A DNA stretch of 64,000 bases. It comes from an uncultured delta proteobacterium (GTDB taxonomy: Bacteria; Myxococcota; Myxococcia; Myxococcales; Myxococcaceae). Both the position numbers and the translations under genes were made by a program. Under the pieces are notes generated by a model. That model was given only the letters and a program-made list of their open reading frames with translations. It searched no databases and was not told the origin of the DNA. How positions within the stretch are numbered: the stretch's first letter is position 1; every line of letters begins with the position of its first letter. Shown here in pieces: positions 42,139-51,670 of this stretch. The stretch spans positions 3,520,001 to 3,584,000 of the forward strand of contig CAWCKH010000004.1 of assembly GCA_963796055.1 (NCBI GenBank), given 5' to 3'.

Positions 42139-43595
42139 ATCCCTGGTTCCAGCTGCTCGGGCCGGCGATGGCGGTGGCGGCGCTCGGGGCGGTGGTGCTC
42201 GCCGGCGACACCCTGCTGCCCGGGCGCGGGCGGCTCTGGGGCTGGCTGGCGGTGGTGCTCCTGCTGGCGCTGCTGGTGCTGTCGCTGAGCATGAACTCGG
42301 CAGGGGTCGCGCCCCACCGGGCCTACGTCGCCGGTCCGTGGAGCCTCTTCCTCCAGCGGGTCTTCGTCTGCGCTGCGCTGCTCGCCGTGCTCGGATCGAT
42401 GGACTGGCTCGAGTCGAGCGCCGGAGGCCGTCAGGCCGAGTACCTGGCCCTGGTCCTCTTCAGCACCTCGGGGATGATGATGCTCCCCGGCGCCAGGGAC
42501 TGGGCGTTGCTGGTCGTCTCGTTCGAGCTGATGGGCATTCCGCTGTACGCGCTTTCCGCCTGGGCGAAGAACGACGGCCCCCCCGACCGCCCGCGGCTCG
42601 GGGCGGAGGCAGGTCTGAAGCTGTTCGTCACCGGGACCGCCAGCTCGGCGCTGACCTTCTTCGGGCTCGGGCTGGTGGTGGGGCTGAGCCGGACCACCCA
42701 GATCGACCTGGTGGCGGATCCAGCCCGGGCGCCGCTGGTCGCGGCGGGGATGCTCCTCATCGTCGCCGGGTTCGGCTTCAAGATCGGCGCGGTTCCGTTC
42801 CACTTCTGGATCCCGGACACCTACCAGGGCGCGCCCACTCCGTTCGTGGCGTTCCTCTCGGTGGCGCCGAAGCTGGGCGGGGTCGCCGCGCTGGCGGTCA
42901 TCCTCCTGCACGGCTGGGCGGGGCAGGCCGGGCTGTGGGGGCCGGCGGTGGTGCTGCTGTCGGCGGCGAGCATGCTGGTGGGAAACTTCTTCGCCTTGAA
43001 CCAGGGCGACGTGCGGCGGCTGCTGGGTTTCTCCGGCATCGCCCAGATGGGCTACGTGCTCATCGGGCTCGCCGCGCGAACGCGGACCGGGCTGGCCATG
43101 GCGCTGTTCTTCATGGCCACCTACGTCTTCACCAACCTCGGCGCCTTCCTGGTGCTCCACGCCGGTGCCGAGGCCTCGGGTGGGCACAGCATCCCCAAGC
43201 TGGCCGGGCTTTCCCGCCGGGCACCGGTGCTCGGGGCCGCGCTGCTGATCTTCCTGCTCTCGCTGGCCGGCATCCCCTTCGTGGCCGGGTTCTGGGCAAA
43301 GCTCTTCGTGCTGCTCGCGGGGTACCGCGCCGGCCTCGGGTGGCTGGTGGTGCTGGGCGTGGCGCTCGCGGTGCTGGGGCTCTTCTATTACCTGAGCGTG
43401 GCCCGCTCGACGTTCATGGCCGAGGGGGAGGGGAGCGCGCCGGTGGCGACCCGACTCCCGCTGCGGCTGGCGATCGGCGTGTGCCTGGTGGCGGTGGTGG
43501 GGCTCGGGCTCTGGCCACGGCCGCTGCTCGAGGCCGCCGAGGTCGCGGCGGCAGATCTCCTCGGCGAGCCGGTGGCGCTGTCGCTCCGGCGCTGA
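42135..43595 (+). CDS. nuoN: Complex I subunit N
   Basis: SFELMGIPLY, EAGLK, FKIGAVPFHFWIPDTYQGAPTP, SLAGIP..AGFWAK. Confidence 0.93.
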   Translation: MNPWFQLLGPAMAVAALGAVVLAGDTLLPGRGRLWGWLAVVLLLALLVLSLSMNSAGVAPHRAYVAGPWSLFLQRVFVCAALLAVLGSMDWLESSAGGRQAEYLALVLFSTSGMMMLPGARDWALLVVSFELMGIPLYALSAWAKNDGPPDRPRLGAEAGLKLFVTGTASSALTFFGLGLVVGLSRTTQIDLVADPARAPLVAAGMLLIVAGFGFKIGAVPFHFWIPDTYQGAPTPFVAFLSVAPKLGGVAALAVILLHGWAGQAGLWGPAVVLLSAASMLVGNFFALNQGDVRRLLGFSGIAQMGYVLIGLAARTRTGLAMALFFMATYVFTNLGAFLVLHAGAEASGGHSIPKLAGLSRRAPVLGAALLIFLLSLAGIPFVAGFWAKLFVLLAGYRAGLGWLVVLGVALAVLGLFYYLSVARSTFMAEGEGSAPVATRLPLRLAIGVCLVAVVGLGLWPRPLLEAAEVAAADLLGEPVALSLRR

Positions 43596-43615
43596 GCGCG
43601 CCTTCGGCGGACGTC

Positions 43616-44068
43616 TCAACCCATGAAGGTGTCGATGACGATGATGTCGTCGCGGAGCACTTCCTCGCTCAGGGCGTGGTGCTCCTCACCTTCCATGTCC
43701 GCGCGAAGTCTCCGGACGAACTCCTCGATGCGCCGGACCGTCCCATCCACGTCCTGGTCGAGCGCCAGGCGGCTCAGCTCGGACAGCGCCACCCGCTGCG
43801 CCTTGTGCTCCTCGTCCATCGCCTCGACCCGGGCCGGCCCCCAGGCATCGACGTCGACCAGCAGCGGACGGAGCACCGTCTCCTCGTGGACGAGATGACG
43901 GAGGAAAGCGTCCTGGAGCGTGCGGAGACTTGCCCGGAGCCGTCCGATGGCGCCCGGGACTCGCCGCGTCATCTCTCCCAGTGTCTCGTCGATCTCCTCC
44001 AGGACATCCCGGATCACGGCGTGCTCGTCGAGGATGAGGCTGCGGACCTGACTCGCGCTCAGCTCCAT
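43616..44068 (-). CDS. Hemerythrin/HHE-domain protein
   Basis: AGGAGG RBS; DEHA, HLVHEE..L.P, EEH..Q, MEGEE. Confidence 0.8.
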   Translation of the reverse strand: MELSASQVRSLILDEHAVIRDVLEEIDETLGEMTRRVPGAIGRLRASLRTLQDAFLRHLVHEETVLRPLLVDVDAWGPARVEAMDEEHKAQRVALSELSRLALDQDVDGTVRRIEEFVRRLRADMEGEEHHALSEEVLRDDIIVIDTFMG

Positions 44069-44570
44069 GGGAGTCCCTCCTGGTGCGGACCCGCAATCCC
44101 TTCGGTCGCCGGGCCGCCGTTCAGCCGCAGGCGCACCGCTTGCGCGACGGAGGCGACGGTCCGAGCACTTCGCTGATCATGCCAGAAGCATGCGCGCCCC
44201 GCGCCCACGCTCAAGGACTCGATGCTGAAGTTGTTCCGCCACTGCACGAGCATGATCGGGCAGGGGGCGCGCCGGACGGCATCACGCAGGACTCGCCGCA
44301 CCTCCGCCGAGCGGGACCATGAGCCCGCGGCAGCTGCGAAGGTGACTGCCGCCCCGGATCGTCGGATCTCGCGCCGCAGCGCGAGCCACCCGGCAGGCGG
44401 CGTGTGCGTGCCCCGGTCGCGCGGTGCCGCCGCGTCGCACCACCCCCACCTGCCCCGGGGGCCATGCCGCAGTGCATGCGGCCTGGAAACCGAGACCCAC
44501 CGTCCCGCGCAGGCCTTGCGCCAACGGAGCCCTCTGGCACCGGGCATGTCCCGTGCTACCGCGGAAGGGC

Positions 44571-47500
44571 ATGAGCACGCCTCGCCTTCTCACCATCGAC
44601 GGAAACGAGGCCGTGGCCTCCGTTGCCCACCGGCTGTCCGAGACCATCGCCATCTACCCGATCACTCCGTCTTCGGCGATGGCCGAGCTGGCCGACGAGT
44701 GGTCGGCGCACGGTCAGCAGAACATCTGGGGAGTGGTCCCGCGGGTGGTGCAGCTCCAGTCCGAGGCCGGCGTGGCGGGGGCGGTCCACGGGGCGCTGCA
44801 GGCCGGCGCGCTGACCACGACCTTCACCGCCTCGCAGGGCCTGCTGCTGATGATTCCCAACCTCTACAAGATCGCCGGCGAGCTCACGGCGTTCTGCATG
44901 CACGTGGCGGCCCGGACGCTGGCCACCCACGCGCTGAGCATCTTCGGGGACCACTCGGACGTGATGGCCTGCCGGCAGATCGGGCTGGGGCTCCTGGCCT
45001 CCGGCTCGGTCCAGGAGGCGCACGACCTCGCCGCGGTGGCCCATGCGGCGACGCTCAAGGCGCGCGTCCCGTTCCTCCACTTCTTCGACGGCTTCCGCAC
45101 CTCGCACGAGGTGTCGAAGATCGCCGAGCTCTCGGACGATCAGCTCCGGGCGATGGTGGACGAGGGGGCGATCGCCGCGCATCGCGCCCGCGCGCTGGAC
45201 CCCGAGCACCCTGTGCTCCGCGGCACCGCACAGAACCCGGACGCGTTCTTCCAGGCTCGCGAGGCCTGCAACCCGTTCTACGCCGCCTGCCCCGAGATCG
45301 TGCAGGAGGAGATGGACCGGCTCGGGAAGCTCACCGGCCGGCAGTACCACCTCGTCGACTACCATGGTCACCCCGACGCCGAGCGGGTGGTGGTGGCGAT
45401 GGGCTCGGGCGCCGAGGTGACACACGAGACCGTCGACTGGTTGCTGGCGAAGGGCGAGCGGGTCGGCGTCCTGAAGGTCCGTCTCTACCGTCCGTTCCCG
45501 GCGGAGGCCTTCCTCGCCGCCCTGCCGCGGACGGTCCGTGCGATCTCCGTGCTCGATCGCACCAAGGAGCCGGGGGCCCCCGGCGAGCCGCTCTACCTCG
45601 ACGTGCTCACCACGCTCGCCGAGGCCCGCGCGGGGCGGCCGATGCCGACGGTGGTGGGTGGGAGGTACGGCCTCTCCTCGAAGGAGTTCGATCCGGGGAT
45701 GGTCCGCGCGGTCTTCGAGAACCTTGGTCGCCCCGAGCCGAAGAACCACTTCACGGTGGGCATCGTCGACGACGTCAGCCGGACCTCGCTGGAGTGGAAG
45801 CGTGATTTCGAGATCTCGGTGCCCGGCCGCACCCAGGCGGTGTTCTACGGGCTCGGCTCGGACGGGACGGTGGGGGCGAACAAGGCCTCGATCAAGATCA
45901 TCGGCGAGGAGACCGACCACGCGGCCCAGGGCTACTTCGTCTACGACTCGAAGAAGTCGGGGGCGATGACCATCAGCCACCTCCGCTTCGGGCCCGGACC
46001 CATCCGCTCGTCGTACCTGGTCAAGCAGGCCGGCTTCGTGGGCGTGCACCAGTTCCAGCTCATCGACCGGCTGGACGTGCTCGAGCTCGCGGCGCCGGGC
46101 GGGGTGGTGCTGGTCAATGCGCCGTACCCCCCGGACCAGCTCTGGGACCAGCTGCCGCGCGAGTTCCAGGAGACGGTGCTGGAGAAGAAGCTGCAGCTGC
46201 ACGTCATCGACGCGGTGAAGGTCGCGCAGACGGCAGGGATGGGCGGGCGGATCAACGCGGTGATGCAGGCTTGCTTCTTCGCCCTCTCGGGGGTGCTCGC
46301 CCGCGACGAGGCGATCGCCCAGATCAAGAAATCCATCGAGAAGACCTACAAGAAGAAGGGCGCCGAGGTGGTGCGGCGGAACCATGCCGCGGTCGATGCC
46401 TCGCTCGCCGCGCTGTTCCCGGTGAAGGTCCCCGGGAAGATGACCTCGACCCGCGGCCGACCGCCGGTCGTCGCACCGGAGGCGCCGGACTTCGTGCGCC
46501 GGGTCACCGCGGTGATGCTGGAGAACAAAGGCGACCTGCTCCCGGTCAGCGCCTTCCCGGTGGACGGAACCTGGCCCACGGCCACGGCGAGGTGGGAGAA
46601 GCGGAACCTCACCCTGGAGATCCCCGTCTGGGACGCGCCGATCTGCATCCAGTGCAACAAGTGCGCGCTGGTCTGCCCGCACGCCGCCATCCGGACCAAG
46701 GTCTACGGCGAGGGGGCGGTGGCGACCGCGCCGCAGGGCTTCAAGCACATGGCCTTCAAGGGCCAGGCCGGGAGTGCGTACACGGTCCAGGTGGCTCCGG
46801 AGGACTGCACGGGCTGTGGGCTGTGCATCGAGGTCTGCCCGGCCAAGGACAAGGCGAACCCACGCCACAAGGCGCTGGAGCTCGCGTCACAGCCGCCGCT
46901 GCGGGAGCAAGAGAAGAGGTCGTTCGACTTCTTCCTCGACCTGCCCGAGGTGGACCGGACCACGCTCCGGATGGACGTGAAGGGCTCGCAGTTCCTCCAG
47001 CCGCTGTTCGAGTTCTCCGGCGCCTGCTCCGGGTGCGGCGAGACGCCGTACATCAAGCTCGTGACCCAGCTCTTCGGCGACCGGCTGATCATCGCCAACG
47101 CCACCGGCTGCTCGTCGATCTACGGCGGGAACCTCCCGACCACGCCGTACACCGTGAACCGCGAGGGCCGCGGCCCGGCCTGGGCCAACTCGCTGTTCGA
47201 GGACAACGCCGAGTTCGGTTTCGGCATCCGGCTCGGGACCGACGCCCTCCGGCATCTCGCCGAGACCGTGCTGAAGCGCCAGGCCCCGGCCCTCGGGGAC
47301 GCGTTCGTCACCGCCCTGCTCGAGGCGGACCAGTCCACCGAGGCCGGGATCGCCGCCCAGCGGAAGCGGGTGGCGGAGCTGAAGACCCGCCTGAACCGCG
47401 AGACCCCCGACGGCCGGACCGTCCTCGCCCTCGCCGACCACCTGGTGAAGAAGAGCGTGTGGATCGTCGGTGGTGACGGCTGGGCCTACGACATCGGGTA

Positions 47501-48152
47501 CGGCGGGCTCGACCACGTGCTCTCCACGGACGTGGACGTGAACATCCTGGTGCTGGACACCGAGGTGTACTCCAACACCGGCGGCCAGCAGTCGAAGGCC
47601 ACCCCGCTGGGCGCCGCGGCCAAGTTCGCCGCGGCGGGCAAGTCGACCGGAAAGAAGGACCTCGGGCTCCTGGCGATGGGTTACCGGACCGCCTATGTGG
47701 CCCAGGTCGCCTTCGGGGCGAAGGACGCCCAGGTGGTCAAGGCGATGCTCGAGGCCGAGAGCTACCGCGGACCCTCGCTGGTCATCGCCTACAGCCACTG
47801 CATCGCCCACGGCTATGACCTGGTGCACGGGCTCGAGCAGCAGAAGCGGGCGGTGGACTCGGCCACCTGGCCGCTCTACCGCTTCGACCCACGGCGCATC
47901 GCCGCCGGGCAGCCGCCGCTGGTGCTCGACTCGGGCCCGGCGAAGATTCCGCTGCGCGACTACATGCGCGAGGAGGCCCGCTTCCGGATCACCGAGACGC
48001 TGGACCCCGAGCGGTACAAGCAGCTGCTGGCCTGGGCGCAGCAGAACGTGACCCAGCGCTACGGGGTCTACGAGCAGCTGGCCAAGATCGTCGTCCCGCA
48101 GGCCACCGCCATCCCCGATGTCCGGCCGCCGCCTGCGGCCGCGCTGGAGTGA
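44571..48152 (+). CDS. nifJ: Pyruvate:ferredoxin/flavodoxin oxidoreductase (homodimeric NifJ type)
   Basis: DGNEA, IYPITPS, TFTASQGLLL, GLGSDGTVGANK, YDSKKSG, CIQCNKCA..CP, CTGCGLC..CP, FEFSGAC.GCGE, GGDGWAYDIG. Confidence 0.96.
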   Translation: MSTPRLLTIDGNEAVASVAHRLSETIAIYPITPSSAMAELADEWSAHGQQNIWGVVPRVVQLQSEAGVAGAVHGALQAGALTTTFTASQGLLLMIPNLYKIAGELTAFCMHVAARTLATHALSIFGDHSDVMACRQIGLGLLASGSVQEAHDLAAVAHAATLKARVPFLHFFDGFRTSHEVSKIAELSDDQLRAMVDEGAIAAHRARALDPEHPVLRGTAQNPDAFFQAREACNPFYAACPEIVQEEMDRLGKLTGRQYHLVDYHGHPDAERVVVAMGSGAEVTHETVDWLLAKGERVGVLKVRLYRPFPAEAFLAALPRTVRAISVLDRTKEPGAPGEPLYLDVLTTLAEARAGRPMPTVVGGRYGLSSKEFDPGMVRAVFENLGRPEPKNHFTVGIVDDVSRTSLEWKRDFEISVPGRTQAVFYGLGSDGTVGANKASIKIIGEETDHAAQGYFVYDSKKSGAMTISHLRFGPGPIRSSYLVKQAGFVGVHQFQLIDRLDVLELAAPGGVVLVNAPYPPDQLWDQLPREFQETVLEKKLQLHVIDAVKVAQTAGMGGRINAVMQACFFALSGVLARDEAIAQIKKSIEKTYKKKGAEVVRRNHAAVDASLAALFPVKVPGKMTSTRGRPPVVAPEAPDFVRRVTAVMLENKGDLLPVSAFPVDGTWPTATARWEKRNLTLEIPVWDAPICIQCNKCALVCPHAAIRTKVYGEGAVATAPQGFKHMAFKGQAGSAYTVQVAPEDCTGCGLCIEVCPAKDKANPRHKALELASQPPLREQEKRSFDFFLDLPEVDRTTLRMDVKGSQFLQPLFEFSGACSGCGETPYIKLVTQLFGDRLIIANATGCSSIYGGNLPTTPYTVNREGRGPAWANSLFEDNAEFGFGIRLGTDALRHLAETVLKRQAPALGDAFVTALLEADQSTEAGIAAQRKRVAELKTRLNRETPDGRTVLALADHLVKKSVWIVGGDGWAYDIGYGGLDHVLSTDVDVNILVLDTEVYSNTGGQQSKATPLGAAAKFAAAGKSTGKKDLGLLAMGYRTAYVAQVAFGAKDAQVVKAMLEAESYRGPSLVIAYSHCIAHGYDLVHGLEQQKRAVDSATWPLYRFDPRRIAAGQPPLVLDSGPAKIPLRDYMREEARFRITETLDPERYKQLLAWAQQNVTQRYGVYEQLAKIVVPQATAIPDVRPPPAAALE

Positions 48153-48160
48153 GGTCTCAC

Positions 48161-49168
48161 ATGGATTTCTCGGTCGAGTACCTGGGACTGAAGCTGGCCC
48201 ACCCGCTGTTGCCGGGGGCCTCGCCCCTGGCAGACGAGGTGGGGACGGTGCGGGCGCTGGAGGATGCCGGAGCGCCGGCCATCGTGATGCGCTCGCTGTT
48301 CGAGGAGCAGCTGACCCAGGAGCAGCTGTCCACCTTCATGGCCACCGAGCAGCACCGCGAGCTCTCGGCCGAGGCCTCGAGCGTGTTGCCGGAGCCGGCC
48401 GACTACCGCATGGGCCCGGACCGGTATCTGGAGCAGCTCCGGAAGATCCGCGCCGCGGTGAAGGTGCCGGTCATCGCCTCGCTGAACGGGACCACGCTCG
48501 GCGGGTGGATCGACTTCGCCCGCCTCATCGAGCAGGCGGGGGCCTCGGCGCTGGAGCTGAACCTGTACGCGGTCCCCACCGATCCGTCGCGCGACGCCGC
48601 GGCAGTGGAGAAGGACACCCTGGAGCTGGTCCGGACGCTGAAGGGGCGGGTGAAGATCCCGGTCGCGGTGAAGCTCTCGCCCTTCTACACCTCGGTGGCG
48701 AGCGTGGCCCGCGGGCTGGAAGAGGCGGGGGCGGATGCGCTGGTGCTCTTCAACCGCCTGTTCGAGCCGGAGATCGACGTGGAGGCGCTGGAGGTGAGGC
48801 GGGTTCTCCACCTCTCGGACAGCTCCGAGCTCCCGCTCCGGCTGCGGTGGCTGGCCATCCTCTCCGCGCAGCGGAAGATCCCCCTGGCGATCAGCGGGGG
48901 GGTGCACGAGACGGTGGACGTGGTTCGGGCGCTGATGGCGGGTGCCACGGCGGTGCAGCTGGTGTCGACCTTGCTGCGGAACGGGCCCTCGCGGCTGCTC
49001 TCGCTCCGGGCCTCGCTGGAGCGCTGGCTGGTGGAGCGCGAGTACACCTCGGTCCGCCAGCTCCGGGGGAGCATGAACCTCAAGGCCTGCCCGGACCCGT
49101 CGGCGTATGAGCGGGCAAACTACATCCATTTGCTGCACGGGTGGCGGGAGCACCCGGGCGTCGCCTGA
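48161..49168 (+). CDS. Dihydroorotate dehydrogenase-like FMN protein (PFOR-associated)
   Basis: YLGLKL..P, SLFEEQ, PVIASLNG, ELNLY (no SCPN), KLSPF, LVLFNR, SGGVH. Confidence 0.88.
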   Translation: MDFSVEYLGLKLAHPLLPGASPLADEVGTVRALEDAGAPAIVMRSLFEEQLTQEQLSTFMATEQHRELSAEASSVLPEPADYRMGPDRYLEQLRKIRAAVKVPVIASLNGTTLGGWIDFARLIEQAGASALELNLYAVPTDPSRDAAAVEKDTLELVRTLKGRVKIPVAVKLSPFYTSVASVARGLEEAGADALVLFNRLFEPEIDVEALEVRRVLHLSDSSELPLRLRWLAILSAQRKIPLAISGGVHETVDVVRALMAGATAVQLVSTLLRNGPSRLLSLRASLERWLVEREYTSVRQLRGSMNLKACPDPSAYERANYIHLLHGWREHPGVA

Positions 49169-49252
49169 AGCCGCAAGGCGCACGTTCTCCCCCCGCGGGC
49201 GTCAGCTTCGCCGATCGCGGCCGCCCCTGCAGCAGTATGGTGCCCTTCGGCG

Positions 49253-50089
49253 GTGACCCGACCCGAGTCAGAACCGACGACGCTCGACCCCTGGACCGTA
49301 GGAGCCATCGCCGTCGTCGCCTACGCCGTCAGCAACGTCGTGCACGAGGGCCTCGGCCATGGCGGGGCGTGTCTCCTCGTGGGCGGCCGTCCGGAGACCC
49401 TGAACGCCATCTTCTTCGAGTGCTCGGTGGACGGCCTCCCGGCCTCCGCCGGGCGCTGGCTCGCCGCCGGAGGCAGCCTGGCGAACCTCGTGGCCGCCGC
49501 GCTCGCCTGGGTGGCGCTGAGGTCGTTGCCCGCCGGGTGGGGCAGGGCGCGCGACTTCGCCTGGCTGATGCTGGCCATCAACCTGCTCCAGCCCTTCGGC
49601 TATCTGCTGTTCTCGGGACTCGGTGGCATCGGCGACTGGGCGGTCGTCGTCTCCGGGCTGGAGCCGGCGGTGGCCTGGCGGCTCGGGCTGACAGCGCTCG
49701 GAGCCGCGCTCTATTTCTGGTGGGCGCCCCGGGTGCTCATGCCCCCGCTGAAGCCCTTCGTGGGAGCGGTCCCCGAGGAGCGCGCACGCCGGACCCGGAC
49801 GCTCACCTTGCTCCCGTACCTGGTCGGCGGAGTGACCTTCGTCGTCGCCGGTCTGCTGAACCCGCACGGGTTCGTGCTGGTGCTGATCTCGGCGGCGGCG
49901 GCCTCGTTCGGCGGGACCTCGCTCCTCGCCTGGTACCCCGGAGTGTGGGCACGGCGTGCGCCGGCGGGTCTGGCTGGTCCTCGTCTCGGCGTGTCCCGCA
50001 GCGTGCCCTGGCTCCTGCTCGGGGCGATCGTCCTCGCCGTCTTCGTGGGCATGCTCGGCCCCGGGGTCGCGCTCGGCCCGGGCCATTGA
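49253..50089 (+). CDS. Polytopic membrane protein, M50 zinc-peptidase-like
   Basis: VVHEGLGH, AAGGSLANL, INLL...GDW; several TM helices. Confidence 0.6.
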   Translation: MTRPESEPTTLDPWTVGAIAVVAYAVSNVVHEGLGHGGACLLVGGRPETLNAIFFECSVDGLPASAGRWLAAGGSLANLVAAALAWVALRSLPAGWGRARDFAWLMLAINLLQPFGYLLFSGLGGIGDWAVVVSGLEPAVAWRLGLTALGAALYFWWAPRVLMPPLKPFVGAVPEERARRTRTLTLLPYLVGGVTFVVAGLLNPHGFVLVLISAAAASFGGTSLLAWYPGVWARRAPAGLAGPRLGVSRSVPWLLLGAIVLAVFVGMLGPGVALGPGH

Positions 50090-50212
50090 CCTGGAGCGCG
50101 GGCGCCTCACGCGCCGAGCAGAGAAGCTCCAGTCATCGGGCCGAGCGGTCAGTCGAGGGGACTCTCGATGCGCGCGCGCGACACCTGGTGCGCGCGGGTA
50201 GAGCCCCTCCAC

Positions 50213-51610
50213 TCACACCGGCTGGACCGTGAGGACGTTGGTGTTGCCCGGCTCGTTCAGCGGGACGCCGGCGACGATGGCCATGCGCTGTCCCGGATCC
50301 GCGAGCCCGCGCCGACGCACCTCGGCCCGGGCCCGGGACATCACCGCGTCCGTCGAGCGCAGCCGCGGCACCCGGTGCGCCTCCATTCCCCAGGCCAGGG
50401 CGAGCTGATGCACCACCCGCTCGTTCGGGGTGAGCGCCAGGATGGGCACCGGCGGACGGAACGCTGCCACCAGGCGCGCGGTGTAGCCGCTCTCGGTGTA
50501 CGCGACGATGACCCTCGCCCCCACGCTCCGTGCCGCCTCCACCGCCGCGGCCGCGATGCCGGGCGAGACCTCCGTCCCGTCGAGGGCCGGGCGGACCCGG
50601 GCCGGCGGCGAGCGCTCGGCTTCCTCCACGATGCGGGCCATCGTCGCCACCGCGGCCACCGGGTCGTGCCCCACGGCCGTCTCCGCGGAGAGCATCACCG
50701 CATCGGCGCCGTCCAGCACCGCATTCGCCACGTCCGAGACCTCGGCACGGGTGGGGCGGGGCGACTGGATCATGCTCTCCAGCATCTCGGTGGCCACGAT
50801 GCAGGGACGGCCCAGGAGGTTGGCCTGCCGCACCAGCCGCTTCTGGATGCCCGGCACCTGCTCCAGCGGCAGCTCCACACCGAGGTCGCCGCGGGCCACC
50901 ATCACTCCGTCCGCGGTGCGGACGATCGCCTCGAGGTTCTCGATGGCCTGCGGCTTCTCCATCTTCGCGATCAGCGGCGTGCCCGGGGCGAGGTGCCGTC
51001 GGGCGCGCTCCAGGTCGCGCGCGGTCCGCACGAAGGACATCGCCACCAGGTCCACGCCCAGGGTGCGTCCCAGCGCCGCGTCGCGCCGGTCCTTGGGGGT
51101 GAAGGCGGGGATCGAGGCCGCCGCGCCGGGCAGGCTCACCCCCTTGTGGTCGGAGATGGGACCGCCGACCTCGACCTCGGCCTCGACGTCCGGGCCTCGG
51201 ACCCGGCGGACGCGCAGCCGCACCCGCCCGTCGTCCAGGAGCACGGGGTCTCCGGCGCGGCAGTCACGGGCCAGCGAGGGGAGCGGAACAGGGATGATGC
51301 GTGGGCTGCCCACCACACCGGACCGGGTCACGAGGAGCACGGTCTCGCTGGCGACGAGCTCCACCCGGCCCTCGGCGAAGACGCCCAGCCGCAGCTTGGG
51401 CCCCTGGAGATCCTGCAGGATCGCCACGTTGCGCCGGGCCCGGGCTGCCTCCCGGCGCACCGCCTCCGCACGGGTCCGGTGCTCGGCGGCGGTCCCGTGG
51501 GAGAAGTTGAGGCGGGCCACGTCCATCCCCGCAGCGATCATGCCGGCGAGCACGCGAGGAGCATCGGACGCCGGACCGAGAGTGCAGACAATCTTCGAGC
51601 GACGCGTCAC
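50213..51610 (-). CDS. pyk: Pyruvate kinase
   Basis: KIVCTLGPAS, ARLNFSHG, DLQGPKLR, MVARGDLGVE, ATEMLESM..PTRAE.SDVANA. Confidence 0.95.
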   Translation of the reverse strand: MTRRSKIVCTLGPASDAPRVLAGMIAAGMDVARLNFSHGTAAEHRTRAEAVRREAARARRNVAILQDLQGPKLRLGVFAEGRVELVASETVLLVTRSGVVGSPRIIPVPLPSLARDCRAGDPVLLDDGRVRLRVRRVRGPDVEAEVEVGGPISDHKGVSLPGAAASIPAFTPKDRRDAALGRTLGVDLVAMSFVRTARDLERARRHLAPGTPLIAKMEKPQAIENLEAIVRTADGVMVARGDLGVELPLEQVPGIQKRLVRQANLLGRPCIVATEMLESMIQSPRPTRAEVSDVANAVLDGADAVMLSAETAVGHDPVAAVATMARIVEEAERSPPARVRPALDGTEVSPGIAAAAVEAARSVGARVIVAYTESGYTARLVAAFRPPVPILALTPNERVVHQLALAWGMEAHRVPRLRSTDAVMSRARAEVRRRGLADPGQRMAIVAGVPLNEPGNTNVLTVQPV

Positions 51611-51640
51611 GGCACGTTTCAAGTATTGCCCGCCAGCTCC

Positions 51641-51670
51641 TTGACACTCTGTCACCGGGCGGAATACGAA
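51641..51670 (+). promoter_or_regulatory. sigma70-type -35 TTGACA overlapped by a TGACA-N3-TGTCA palindrome, pointing away from pyk
   Basis: TTGACACTCTGTCA at 51641-51654; weak -10 (TACGAA) at 51665. Confidence 0.45.

Noticed and set aside
40589..44176. 1195-aa NuoM mega-fusion ORF
   Set aside because: It results from the -1 frameshift at about 41960; the extension is an out-of-frame read-through over nuoN.
29743..49252. Mobile genomic island status for the kor-nuo-nifJ block
   Set aside because: No integrase, transposase, tRNA or flanking direct repeats seen, and codon style matches the neighbours. It may be accessory, but mobility is unsupported.
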